DNA of 64,000 nt from Candidatus Colwellbacteria bacterium (GTDB taxonomy: Bacteria; Patescibacteriota; Minisyncoccia; UBA6257; Colwellbacteraceae), in NCBI GenBank assembly GCA_028710275.1, contig JAQTUL010000004.1:11646-75645 (forward strand), written 5' to 3'. Under the pieces are notes generated by a model. It did no database searches. It saw nothing but the letters and a program-made list of their open reading frames with translations, and was not told where the DNA came from. Below are positions 29,195 through 39,200 of this stretch, one piece after another (within the stretch, counting starts at the first letter, position 1; every line of letters starts with the position of its first letter). Position numbers and translations under genes: made by a program.

Positions 29195-29584
29195 TTGAAC
29201 GATAATCGAACAATAAGTATTCGGGTTCAAACACTGAGAATGTCCAACTTTCGACTTCGTGTCTGGTTCAAGGACATTGATGGTAGTCACGATGGATACT
29301 GTTCGGATGCAGAAAATCCAACTTATACAACTGAGTATTCGGATGAGATCGTAGACATTCCTAACGATCTTTCTCCAGAGACAGTAGACGAAGATGGTAC
29401 TCTCAACAATCTGGATTGTCTCATCTCTCTAGAGTATAGAGAGTATCATGGAAGTGGATATTGCGGTGTGTACAGTACCCGAAAGGTGATTAAGGCAAAG
29501 ATCATCGATACGACCACAGCAATAAAGGCAAAATGGATGAGAGCCTTATCTCTTGATGAGAGTGACGAAGAAGTGGATGACTAG
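29195..29584 (+). CDS. hypothetical acidic protein
   Basis: 129-aa ORF. Confidence 0.35.
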   Translation: MNDNRTISIRVQTLRMSNFRLRVWFKDIDGSHDGYCSDAENPTYTTEYSDEIVDIPNDLSPETVDEDGTLNNLDCLISLEYREYHGSGYCGVYSTRKVIKAKIIDTTTAIKAKWMRALSLDESDEEVDD

Positions 29585-29642
29585 AGTGATTAACAAAAAA
29601 TGAGTTAATAGAACGAAAGTAGATAGATACTACCACATCTCG

Positions 29643-30329
29643 ATGAGTTCCCTCGCTAAAGTTCTCATTGTTGAGGAGATTGATCTTCCGGGAGCAGAGG
29701 TCTACTATATCCGTAATGTAGTAGACAACCCTAAAGAGATCTACGAGAAGTTGGTGGAAGAGGTTCCGTGGAAACAAGAAGAGATTTTTGCGTACGGTAA
29801 GTATCATAATCAACCGCGTCTGTCCTGTTTTCTCGGACAGGTTGATAAACCCTATAGTTATTCGGGAATAGTTCGAATTCCTGAGCCGATGGGTGAGACA
29901 ATCACTATGCTCACTGGTATAGTACAACATGTGGTGGATATTGTGAAACCGGGTCACCTCAAATACACCTCGACTCTTGGAAATCGATATAGAAATGGAA
30001 ATGATTATATTGCTCAGCATTCCGACTCAGAGGATGATATGGTTGCGAACACAATGATCGCTTCGTTGTCTCTTAATCAGGAGAGATTCTTTGATTTTCA
30101 TGACAAGGAGACAGGAAAGAAGGTGTTGAGACTGGAGTTGGAGAGTGGATCCCTTTTGCTTATGGGAGAGGGATCTCAGAGTCTGTACACCCACGGAGTT
30201 CCGAAACAGCTCACCAAGAATAAGGAGAGATTAAACTTTACATGGAGAGTTATGAAGGAGAACAACAAGTCGAAGATTAAACTCGACAAACAGAAGCTCA
30301 TTGATAAACTGATCGACGAGAGTAAGTAA
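29643..30329 (+). CDS. AlkB-like 2OG-Fe(II) dioxygenase (second paralog)
   Basis: 'AQHSDSEDDM' (HxD), 'LYTHGVP' (His) and 'RLNFTWRV' (RxNxTxR) are AlkB catalytic motifs. Confidence 0.6.
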   Translation: MSSLAKVLIVEEIDLPGAEVYYIRNVVDNPKEIYEKLVEEVPWKQEEIFAYGKYHNQPRLSCFLGQVDKPYSYSGIVRIPEPMGETITMLTGIVQHVVDIVKPGHLKYTSTLGNRYRNGNDYIAQHSDSEDDMVANTMIASLSLNQERFFDFHDKETGKKVLRLELESGSLLLMGEGSQSLYTHGVPKQLTKNKERLNFTWRVMKENNKSKIKLDKQKLIDKLIDESK

Positions 30330-30440
30330 GAAACGAATATAGATACATTAATTACCAGTCAGAATGTACTCTTATAGTATAAACTCCTTGATACAAAGAA
30401 AGACGAATATATTTCTCAGTTGAGAAATATATTCAAAAGA

Positions 30441-33400
30441 TTAAGTCCTAGAAATGTGGTCTGTATCGCATGTTGCAGTATTTCCTGCACAACATAAGCG
30501 TGTGAAATTGGAAGTATAGGGTGTTGCAACGTTACATCCATTCGCCATCATTCCGAAACCCACGGTACAATAAGGAATAATCATCGATTGGTTATATTTT
30601 ATATTTGATGATGTAATAGAATTCATAATATAATCCTGATTATAGAATACCGATGTATCTGTTGTACATTTCAGAGAATCAGATGTACATTTTGTAGGAT
30701 CAGTAGTATTGTTACAACAGAATTGACGATATTTGCTTGAGTTAATCGGATTGGTTGAGCATTTATCCGTTATCAACTGTTGTCCCGTAGTACAATAATT
30801 TGTTACAGTATTGACATTAGATTTTACAGCATTGATAGTCATATTCGTCATGTTATAATCTGCCGATGAGAAATTAGAACCGTTTATGATACATCTCAAC
30901 GATGACGGATTGCATGTTGCAGTATTTCCGTTACAACATAATCTTGTGAAATTCGCAGTATAAGGAGAGATAGAATTGCACCCATTAGATATTAAATCAT
31001 ATCCGAGGTTACAATAATTAGTAACAACTGCTTGATTAGATACAACAGCTGAAGTAGTCATATTGGTCATGTTATAATCCTGATTCATAAATAGAGATGA
31101 ATTTAATGTGCAAGTAAGAGCACTCTCTGTACATTTTGTAGGATCACTTGTGTTGTTACAACAGAATTTATTAAACTGAGAGGAGTTGGTTGGTCTAGAC
31201 ATTTTACATCCATTGGTTATCAATCTCTGTCCTGCATGACAGTAATCAGCGATTGTACCGGTATTAGAGGAAATAGAATCGATTGTCATATTAGTCATGT
31301 TGTAATCCTGATTCGCAAATCTACTTGTATCTAGTGTACACTGAAGAGCTGTATCTGTACAGCTACTCGGACTTGTATCAGTGTTACAACATAAAGAGCG
31401 AAACTGTGAAGAATTTGTTGGATAACTTAATTTACATCCGTTGGATATTAGAGATTGCCCTGAATGGCAATAGTTAGAGACTGTTCCTGTGTTGGAAGAT
31501 ACAGCGGCTATTGTCATGTTAGACATATTGTAATCGGTATTGAGGAACGAAGACGTGTCAAGAGTACACTGAAGAGCGGTATCGGTACAGCTAGTCGTAT
31601 TAGTATCAGTGTTACAACACATTGTTCGATATTGATTGGAATTTATAGGAAATGTTTGTGCACATTTTTTATCTATAATTTGATGACCTAATGTACAATA
31701 ATCGGTTACAGTCTTAATATTTGCGGTTCCATCGATTGATGATATACTCATACCAGTCATACCATAATCCATAGATGAAAATGAACTTGAGTTTATAACA
31801 CAATCTATCGAATCAGAGTTGCACAGAGCGGGATCTGTACTTCCATTACAACAGAAGTTTCTAAACACATCCGAATTTATCGGATGTGTCTGATTACATC
31901 CTTTTGTCATGAGAGAGATTCCAATATCACACATATTTTTAACTGCTGTCACATTCGATGATATGGATTGAAGAGACATACCACTCATTCCGTAAACAAT
32001 ATTATCAAATTTACTTGAGTCTAGTAGACATCCAATTGAATCATCGTTACATTTTGAAGTATCTGTACGTCCGTTACAACAAAGTGATCGAAAATTTGGG
32101 GAATTGATCGGTTTAACTGTCTCGCATCCATCAACTATAATCTCTATTCCGTTCGTACAGTAATTAGAGATAGTTCCCGAGTTTGATAATGCTGAAGAAA
32201 CTGTCATAGAATTCATATTGTAGTCGTCATTCACAAATACACTTCCTTTGAGAGTGCACGCAAAGGAATCAGAATTACATTCTGAGGGGGTACTCGAATT
32301 ATTACAACAAAATTGTCTGAATTTCTCAGACTCAATTGGCGATAACTGTGTACAACCAGATGTCAATAGTGTTTCACCCATTTGACAATATTTAGAAATA
32401 TAGTCTACATTAGAACCTACAGACGAGAATTGCATATTCTGTAGACCCCAGTCCATATCAGAGAAATCGCTAGAATTAAATATACAATCTGTACCCTTAG
32501 TACAATCTTCAGGATTTGAGGAATTGTTACAACACAGTTGTTTGAATTTAGAAGAATCAGTAGGTGTAATCTGAGAGCACCCTTTTTCATGAAGAGAATT
32601 TCCCATATCACAATAAGACGTAATAGCTGGTTTGTTTGCTTTCACAGCTATAATCTCCATATTCTGCATACCATAATCGTTTGTACTGAATGCACTACTA
32701 TCGATCGCACATTCAATCTTGTCACTAGAACAACCTGTTTTAGAGTTATTACAACACAGAGATACAAATGTTTCAGAATTCGTAGGATCATATACTTTAC
32801 AACTATTCTCTTGAAGTTTATATCCGAGACTACAATACTGAAAAATTTTATCTTTGTTAGAAACCCATGATGAGATCGCCATATCCTTCATATTATAATC
32901 TTCGATGAGAAATGATGACGTATCAAATGTACACTGAAGAGAATTAGGGCCGCATCCCGTAGAACTGTTATTACAACATAACTCCAGGAATTTATCATCA
33001 GATACAGGAGACTTCATAGTACATCCTCTATCCATAATAGACTGTCCGGATTCACAGAATACCTTAACAGCCTCAGAATTACTACCAACAGACTGAAGAG
33101 AGAGATTTTGAAAGTTATAGAGTTTATTGGAATAGTCACTGGAATCTATAGCGCATTCGATAGAACTCTGACTACATTTTTGAGGATCGCTGGAGTTATT
33201 ACAACAGTATTTTCTAAAGGCCGGAGACTTCATGGGTGAATACTCATCATCTACACATCCATTAGAGAGAATAGAATTTCCAACACTACAGAATGTCATC
33301 ACAGCTGCTTCATTCGCTGTCAGTGAAGAATCGTTAAAATTCTCAAAAGAATTCTTCATATCACTAAAACGGGATTTATCCAATATACATTGCGATCCTT

Positions 33401-33914
33401 TTGTTCCACAAGTAGTTGGATCTCCATTACAACAGAACGAAAGATATGTTTTATCTTTTGTAGGATCGAATACATCGTTCACACACCCACCATCTCTAAA
33501 TTTCTGACCGAGATTACAGAAATTATTTAGGACATTGGTATTTCCCTGTGACGAATTGATACTAGGAATACTCATATTATCTATACTTGATGCTAAATTA
33601 TTATACACTGTTGCAATAAGACTGCATGAAAAATTATTTATTGACCCTTTATAACTTGAAGGTATATGCGAGCCATCCGACCCCGAAGGAGATATGGGTT
33701 CATCACCGATAGGTGAGACAATAGACTTAATAACGGGAAATGTATCACTACCAGACGCCATTTTTAGATACGGGGTAAAAAAGAGAGATGCCCATCTAGG
33801 TATCGGTTTCCCTTCTTCATTTATCTTCTTAACATACACGATCGCAGAGATCGTGTAGATCGCGAGAACAGCGGATATTACGGCAAATACAACGAATGCC
33901 ATTATAAAGAACAA
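30441..33914 (-). CDS. giant secreted/membrane-anchored Cys-rich tandem-repeat glycoprotein (candidate virion fibre/surface protein)
   Basis: N-terminal TM/signal followed by about 15 tandem repeats of about 75 aa. Each repeat has 6 Cys ('YC..G..LI.NGC....P.NS..F..LCCN...T...C....L.C..D.S.F.N.DYNMTNMT') and is packed with N-x-S/T sequons. Confidence 0.7.
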   Translation of the reverse strand: MFFIMAFVVFAVISAVLAIYTISAIVYVKKINEEGKPIPRWASLFFTPYLKMASGSDTFPVIKSIVSPIGDEPISPSGSDGSHIPSSYKGSINNFSCSLIATVYNNLASSIDNMSIPSINSSQGNTNVLNNFCNLGQKFRDGGCVNDVFDPTKDKTYLSFCCNGDPTTCGTKGSQCILDKSRFSDMKNSFENFNDSSLTANEAAVMTFCSVGNSILSNGCVDDEYSPMKSPAFRKYCCNNSSDPQKCSQSSIECAIDSSDYSNKLYNFQNLSLQSVGSNSEAVKVFCESGQSIMDRGCTMKSPVSDDKFLELCCNNSSTGCGPNSLQCTFDTSSFLIEDYNMKDMAISSWVSNKDKIFQYCSLGYKLQENSCKVYDPTNSETFVSLCCNNSKTGCSSDKIECAIDSSAFSTNDYGMQNMEIIAVKANKPAITSYCDMGNSLHEKGCSQITPTDSSKFKQLCCNNSSNPEDCTKGTDCIFNSSDFSDMDWGLQNMQFSSVGSNVDYISKYCQMGETLLTSGCTQLSPIESEKFRQFCCNNSSTPSECNSDSFACTLKGSVFVNDDYNMNSMTVSSALSNSGTISNYCTNGIEIIVDGCETVKPINSPNFRSLCCNGRTDTSKCNDDSIGCLLDSSKFDNIVYGMSGMSLQSISSNVTAVKNMCDIGISLMTKGCNQTHPINSDVFRNFCCNGSTDPALCNSDSIDCVINSSSFSSMDYGMTGMSISSIDGTANIKTVTDYCTLGHQIIDKKCAQTFPINSNQYRTMCCNTDTNTTSCTDTALQCTLDTSSFLNTDYNMSNMTIAAVSSNTGTVSNYCHSGQSLISNGCKLSYPTNSSQFRSLCCNTDTSPSSCTDTALQCTLDTSRFANQDYNMTNMTIDSISSNTGTIADYCHAGQRLITNGCKMSRPTNSSQFNKFCCNNTSDPTKCTESALTCTLNSSLFMNQDYNMTNMTTSAVVSNQAVVTNYCNLGYDLISNGCNSISPYTANFTRLCCNGNTATCNPSSLRCIINGSNFSSADYNMTNMTINAVKSNVNTVTNYCTTGQQLITDKCSTNPINSSKYRQFCCNNTTDPTKCTSDSLKCTTDTSVFYNQDYIMNSITSSNIKYNQSMIIPYCTVGFGMMANGCNVATPYTSNFTRLCCAGNTATCDTDHISRT
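30600..33200 (-). repeat. in-gene tandem repeat array (about 225-nt units, about 15 copies)
   Basis: Periodic recurrence of the CCNN/DYNMTNMT-encoding units through the ORF. Confidence 0.7.
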
Positions 33915-34025
33915 ATATTAAAAGTTGATCTAAGATCAACCACAATCTACAATCTCCATATTTATTTGAAAAGTTGGAACAAGGTTGGATTCACCAACCC
34001 GAAGTTTTTCAAATAATACAATCAA

Positions 34026-35393
34026 TTACTTTCCCTGCCGAATCTTTTTCATATTCTCCATCTTTTTCTGAAGTTTCTGTTTATTATTTTCTGGACGAGT
34101 CTGTGGTTGAGGAGAAGGTGACACTATTGTGTTTGAAGGATCGACACCATTTTTTAACGAATCGACCAACACATCCCGTTCTTTCTTATCAGGAATATAT
34201 TTCTCCAGAATCTTGATATCTTCACTCTTCTTTTCTGCTGTAATTGCTTTACAGCATGAGTACTTTCCGATATTCATCTCTTTTGCATCAAATCCAACAA
34301 GACTCATAAGATTCCATCGTAGATAGTCATAGATACGACGATCTACAAAGAGAATTGCACTTTCGGGATATTTAAGTTCACAACATCGTTTAAGATTCAT
34401 ATAACTGATCTCAATGCATTTTTCTCGATAATATTCAGAAATTCTATAAAGAGGTTCAGCGCGGGGTACATCAAACATTTTTGCGGAATATTCGTACGCT
34501 TTATGATACCACATAAAAGATTCTTCCCAATTATGTTTAAGAACCCTTGATATCTCTCCACATCGATAGTACGCGTGATATCTCTCTTCCGTAAATCCCT
34601 CCAATTCAGATCTCTCTCTGTATAGACGATATGCCTTTTCGTTTTTACCTAAACACATACATGTCTGCCCATAATAGAAAACTGTTCTCGAATCCTGTTT
34701 TAGAATTTTACCGTCTTTTACGAGTTTAATATTATCTTGATATTCAGCTTCTAATACCTCTTCATCTCGAGCAAATCTTTTGAATGATTTATCATCATCC
34801 ATCGTACGATCTTGATAGAGAGTAAAACCAAACACCCGACTAACCATCTCATCTGTTTTAATTTTATTCACGTCATTGTCACATATAGGGTTGGAGATAT
34901 ATTCGTGAATCGCTCCTTTATATCTCCATCCATTTTTCGCCTTGAGTAATCTGATATTATAATACTTATCAAGAGATATCCCATTCCACCATTCTTGGCA
35001 TATATGAAAGGCTGTCGATCGTCCTTCATACGAATCGACGAATCGACGAATATTGGGTCCGTCTTTCAATTCGTCATTACAATCAAGAAGTAGGAGAAAT
35101 TCAGCCTTATCGTCAGCGAAATCAAGAACAACATTTCGCGCATTAGAATAGTGAAATGGTGGGGGGAAAGACTTCTCGAGAAGATGAAGTTCTATTTTAT
35201 TCTTATCACAATAGGTTTTTATAATCTCAACCGTGTTATCCTCACTCCCAGTATCCATAATAACGAATTTATCAACAATTCCTTTTACCGAATCGAGACT
35301 GACAACAATACGTTTATTTTCGTTTTTCACCATCATGACCAGAGCAAGACTTGCATGTTTCACAGGCTTATTTTCCGCTGTTGCAGAACTCAT
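34026..35393 (-). CDS. glycosyltransferase family 2-like domain plus TPR-like repeats
   Basis: 'LVMMVKNENKRIVVSLDSVKGIVDKFVIMDTGSEDNTVEII' (GT2 block) and 'LLLDCNDEL' (DxD-like). The C-terminal half has TPR-like helices. Confidence 0.55.
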   Translation of the reverse strand: MSSATAENKPVKHASLALVMMVKNENKRIVVSLDSVKGIVDKFVIMDTGSEDNTVEIIKTYCDKNKIELHLLEKSFPPPFHYSNARNVVLDFADDKAEFLLLLDCNDELKDGPNIRRFVDSYEGRSTAFHICQEWWNGISLDKYYNIRLLKAKNGWRYKGAIHEYISNPICDNDVNKIKTDEMVSRVFGFTLYQDRTMDDDKSFKRFARDEEVLEAEYQDNIKLVKDGKILKQDSRTVFYYGQTCMCLGKNEKAYRLYRERSELEGFTEERYHAYYRCGEISRVLKHNWEESFMWYHKAYEYSAKMFDVPRAEPLYRISEYYREKCIEISYMNLKRCCELKYPESAILFVDRRIYDYLRWNLMSLVGFDAKEMNIGKYSCCKAITAEKKSEDIKILEKYIPDKKERDVLVDSLKNGVDPSNTIVSPSPQPQTRPENNKQKLQKKMENMKKIRQGK

Positions 35394-35497
35394 CTTGAGA
35401 TAACACTCATATATTTATATCTGATATCCAATGATATGAAAAATGACAGATAAAGTTGATTTACAATATATAAGAGAGAGAATCACCAACCATCACA

Positions 35498-36220
35498 ATG
35501 TCTACAGCGATGAAAAAGAGATCAGTGGCTAGTAAAGCTGATGTTCAGATATTTAAGAACGGAAAAAATCTTGTTTTATACCCTATATTTTTAGAATGTA
35601 GTAAATACACAACAGATGAGTTCTGGAAGAATATGTTTGAGTTTATGAGCTACGGAAAGTGTCCCAGTTGCATCTATATATCAAATAATACGATATACTC
35701 GTCGAATAAAAAGAAATCGTTCTCTTTTATTATACCGTCTGAAAAGCCTGCTGGTGAAGTATTCTCCGAATTAAAAGATCTCTTGATGAAGAATACATCT
35801 CTATGTTCTGTTGCAGACACCAAAGCAAAGAGAGAGACGATCAGAACAAAAGTCAACAAAGATGAGATTACGGATGAAACTACATGGACTGAGATTCGTA
35901 AGAAAAATCTGAAGGAGATTTTCATCATCAAATTCGTTATCCGAATGAAATCTAAACATAAACTCACGTGGGATGCTGCAAGAGAACTCTATAGTATTAT
36001 TCAGGTCGGACTTCTGACTAAAACACAAACATCAAAGGATGTGAATTTCTCATCAAAGAGGATACAGAGTATAGATGGAATAGAGTATGACGGGGAGAGT
36101 CGGTTTATCAATGAGTACGTAGACAATGATGTCCCGAAAGAGAATGACGATTCGGATGAAAATAACTATTTGTACTACTACTGGGATAAATACGTATCTC
36201 ATGCAGCAAAACTCGCGTAA
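35498..36220 (+). CDS. hypothetical protein
   Basis: 240-aa ORF. Confidence 0.45.
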   Translation: MSTAMKKRSVASKADVQIFKNGKNLVLYPIFLECSKYTTDEFWKNMFEFMSYGKCPSCIYISNNTIYSSNKKKSFSFIIPSEKPAGEVFSELKDLLMKNTSLCSVADTKAKRETIRTKVNKDEITDETTWTEIRKKNLKEIFIIKFVIRMKSKHKLTWDAARELYSIIQVGLLTKTQTSKDVNFSSKRIQSIDGIEYDGESRFINEYVDNDVPKENDDSDENNYLYYYWDKYVSHAAKLA

Positions 36221-36240
36221 TCGGGAAATTATTCTTATAG

Positions 36241-39200
36241 ATGACCAGGAAAACTGATTTCCTCTATAAGAAGAAGCAAAATATCACACCTGTTCTTGTC
36301 TTCTCGCCAAGAATGTCTAAAGCTATCATTATCGAGTACGATTCGGAAGAGGAGATCCAGACACCGGATGAGAATTCGGATGTGGAAATTCTGGAGGAGG
36401 GAGAAGAGATCTTCGATGAGGATCAGGAGGAGACTAAGGAATCGGAACGGATTCCGGAAATGAAATCCCTGAAAATCTCCGGAGAAAAGAAGAGGAAACT
36501 TACGGAGGAGGAGATGTACGAGATTACGGACTTTCTTCAAGTTGATCCTGATAAAGACTGGGAAACATCGATGGCAGTTATGGATGAGAATCGAAACGAT
36601 CTCTTTGAGCAGTTGAAGAATATCGAGATCTATCCGAGTCAGATTCCTAAACTGAAGATGGGAATCAAAAACGATTATGAAACATCAAAGATTGAACCGG
36701 GTACCGCAATCGGGTGTGATAGTTCTCTCGCGATTGGTGAGCCGACGACACAAATGTCGCAGCCAAAGACGACTAAGGTCGTCTTGCGACAGGGTAACAA
36801 AACAATCAATACAACGATGGGGGAGTTCATCGACTCGGAGATTGAGAAGGCGTGGATGATCGTATCAGAGGACAATGGATCAGAGATTGTTCCAGACGGC
36901 GTATTCAAAGTGACAGAGATCATGACTGTTTCTAAAGACGAAAAGGTAAGTTGGAATAAGATTACCGAACTCTCTCGACACCCTGTGAATGGAGATCTTG
37001 TGAGAATCAAGACTGATAGCGGGCGAGAGACCGTTTGTACTCTCTCACATTCACTTCTCACTCGAAACCTTAATGGTGTGGTTCCTATTCTTGGAAGTGA
37101 TATTCAAGTTGGTCATCGAGTACCGGTGTTCTTTCGAACACCCGAAGTAGATAATCCTATCTCAGAGATCGAGTTGTGGAAAGATACTACGGTTGATCTC
37201 ACATCATCGTTCGGTGAGTTTATCGGAATCTACATCGCGGAGGGAAGTACTTGTAAGAGTAGTAATTCTGTTGTCGTTACCACTAATCAGGAATACTATA
37301 AAAATGTATCATACGAATTCTTTTCAGAAATGGGAAAAAACGCTAAAACAAGAGAAAAACCTCTTCATAAAATTCAGGGAAGTAAAAAGGAATATAAAAG
37401 CACGGATCACATAATCTCTCACAAGCTTCTGTCACAATGGCTTCGAACGAATATCGGTACCTACTCTCACAACAAGGAGATTCCTGGATTTATCTATGGA
37501 TGTAAGAGAGAGTTCATCGCGGGTGTTCTTCGTGGAATGTTTGATGGTGATGGTAACTTTCATGGATCGAGAAAAAGTATCAAGTATCACACAACATCGA
37601 GTGAACTCATCCAACAAGTTGCATTCCTTCTCTCGTATTTCGGTATCTTCTCAACATATCAGATCGAGAAGGAGGCTTGTGATGAACACAGAGCGTTGTG
37701 GGTTCTGTTGATCTTCGGACCCAAGTTCGGAAAGATTTTCTCCGAACAGATCGGAACTAACAACGAGAAGAATAAAAGAGAGCTTGATTCATACATCAAT
37801 GATAAGGATGGAAGAAATTTCATTGATCAGGTTCCCAACTGCGCTGAACTTGTTAGTAAGATTGGTAGAGGACTGAAACTTCCCGGCGCATCAAGAAACT
37901 ATGGTCGATGGGTGAAAAAGGAGTCTGAAGGATCTTGTATCGGTAAGAATACTCTGATCGAGTATGTGAAGCTTTTCACCGAAAAGAATGAAGAGAAAGA
38001 TGCAGGGTTCGAAGATGATATCTCTCTGCTTCAACAGGCGATCGACGCTGATGTGATCTGGGATAGAGTTGTTGAGGTTGAGATTATCAAGGCTGACCCT
38101 GACGAGAAGGTGTATGATTTCTCAGTAGCAATCAATGAAACTTTCGCTACTCAATCGGGTATCTTAGTACACAACACCTTGAATTCAATCGATTACAAAG
38201 AGCATATCGTGGTCAAAAACGGTACATCTGTAACATGCCCAAAGATTGGCGACTTTGTGGATAAAATAGTCATTGATAATAAGAAAGATGTCAAGGTTTA
38301 TGATGAGGTTACCGAATACGTAGACATCAATTTCATGAACCTGGAGACACCATGTGTCGATGAAAATGGAAAAATGCATTGGAAAAAAATAGAAGCTGTC
38401 ACCAGACATCCACCTCCGGGAGGTAATAAACTTTTGGAGGTGAAAACTCAAACGGGACGTCGAACAACTGCAACAAAAGCTAAATCTTTTTTGCTGCGAA
38501 GAGATAACAAAGTGGTCGGGGTAAATGGATCCGAATTGACAGTTGGAGATAGACTTCCGGTCACTGTTAAGTTTCCGAGACCTCTTGAAAATGACCGATT
38601 GAAAACCATCAATCTAAGTAGATATCTCAGTAAAGAGAAATTCGTATTTGGAACTGATCTCTGGAAAGCAAGAGAGATTAAGGAGAGATACAATAAAGGT
38701 GGAAGAAAAGAATGGAAAGACGAAATTAGAGAGGAATATACATATGGAGGAAGAAATACCAGATGGTGGTCTGATAATTTCGGAATCGATTTCACTCTCC
38801 CGTATCATAGATGTGATGCAGCAATGGATGCGCTCGAAGGAAAGAAGAAGGAGTATATCGGAAATGAGATTATCAAGAAAGGAATGGTGTACACAACAAG
38901 ACGATCTGTTGGAGAAGTGAATGAAATCCCAGAAGAGTTTGAACTGGATAACGATTTCGGATTTGTTGTTGGTGCTTACATTGCTGAGGGACATTGTGCA
39001 AATACCGGAACACAATGTATCATCAGTAACAATGATGAAAAGTTTCGAAAGAGAATTGAGACGTGGTGTGATAAACATAAACTCGGATATCATGTTCAGG
39101 TACAACACGATAAGAATTTTAAGGGAGCAACCAGTACAGATCTCCGAATTCACTCAACGCTAATGGTTGAATGGTTTACCAACATGTGTGGTAACTATTC

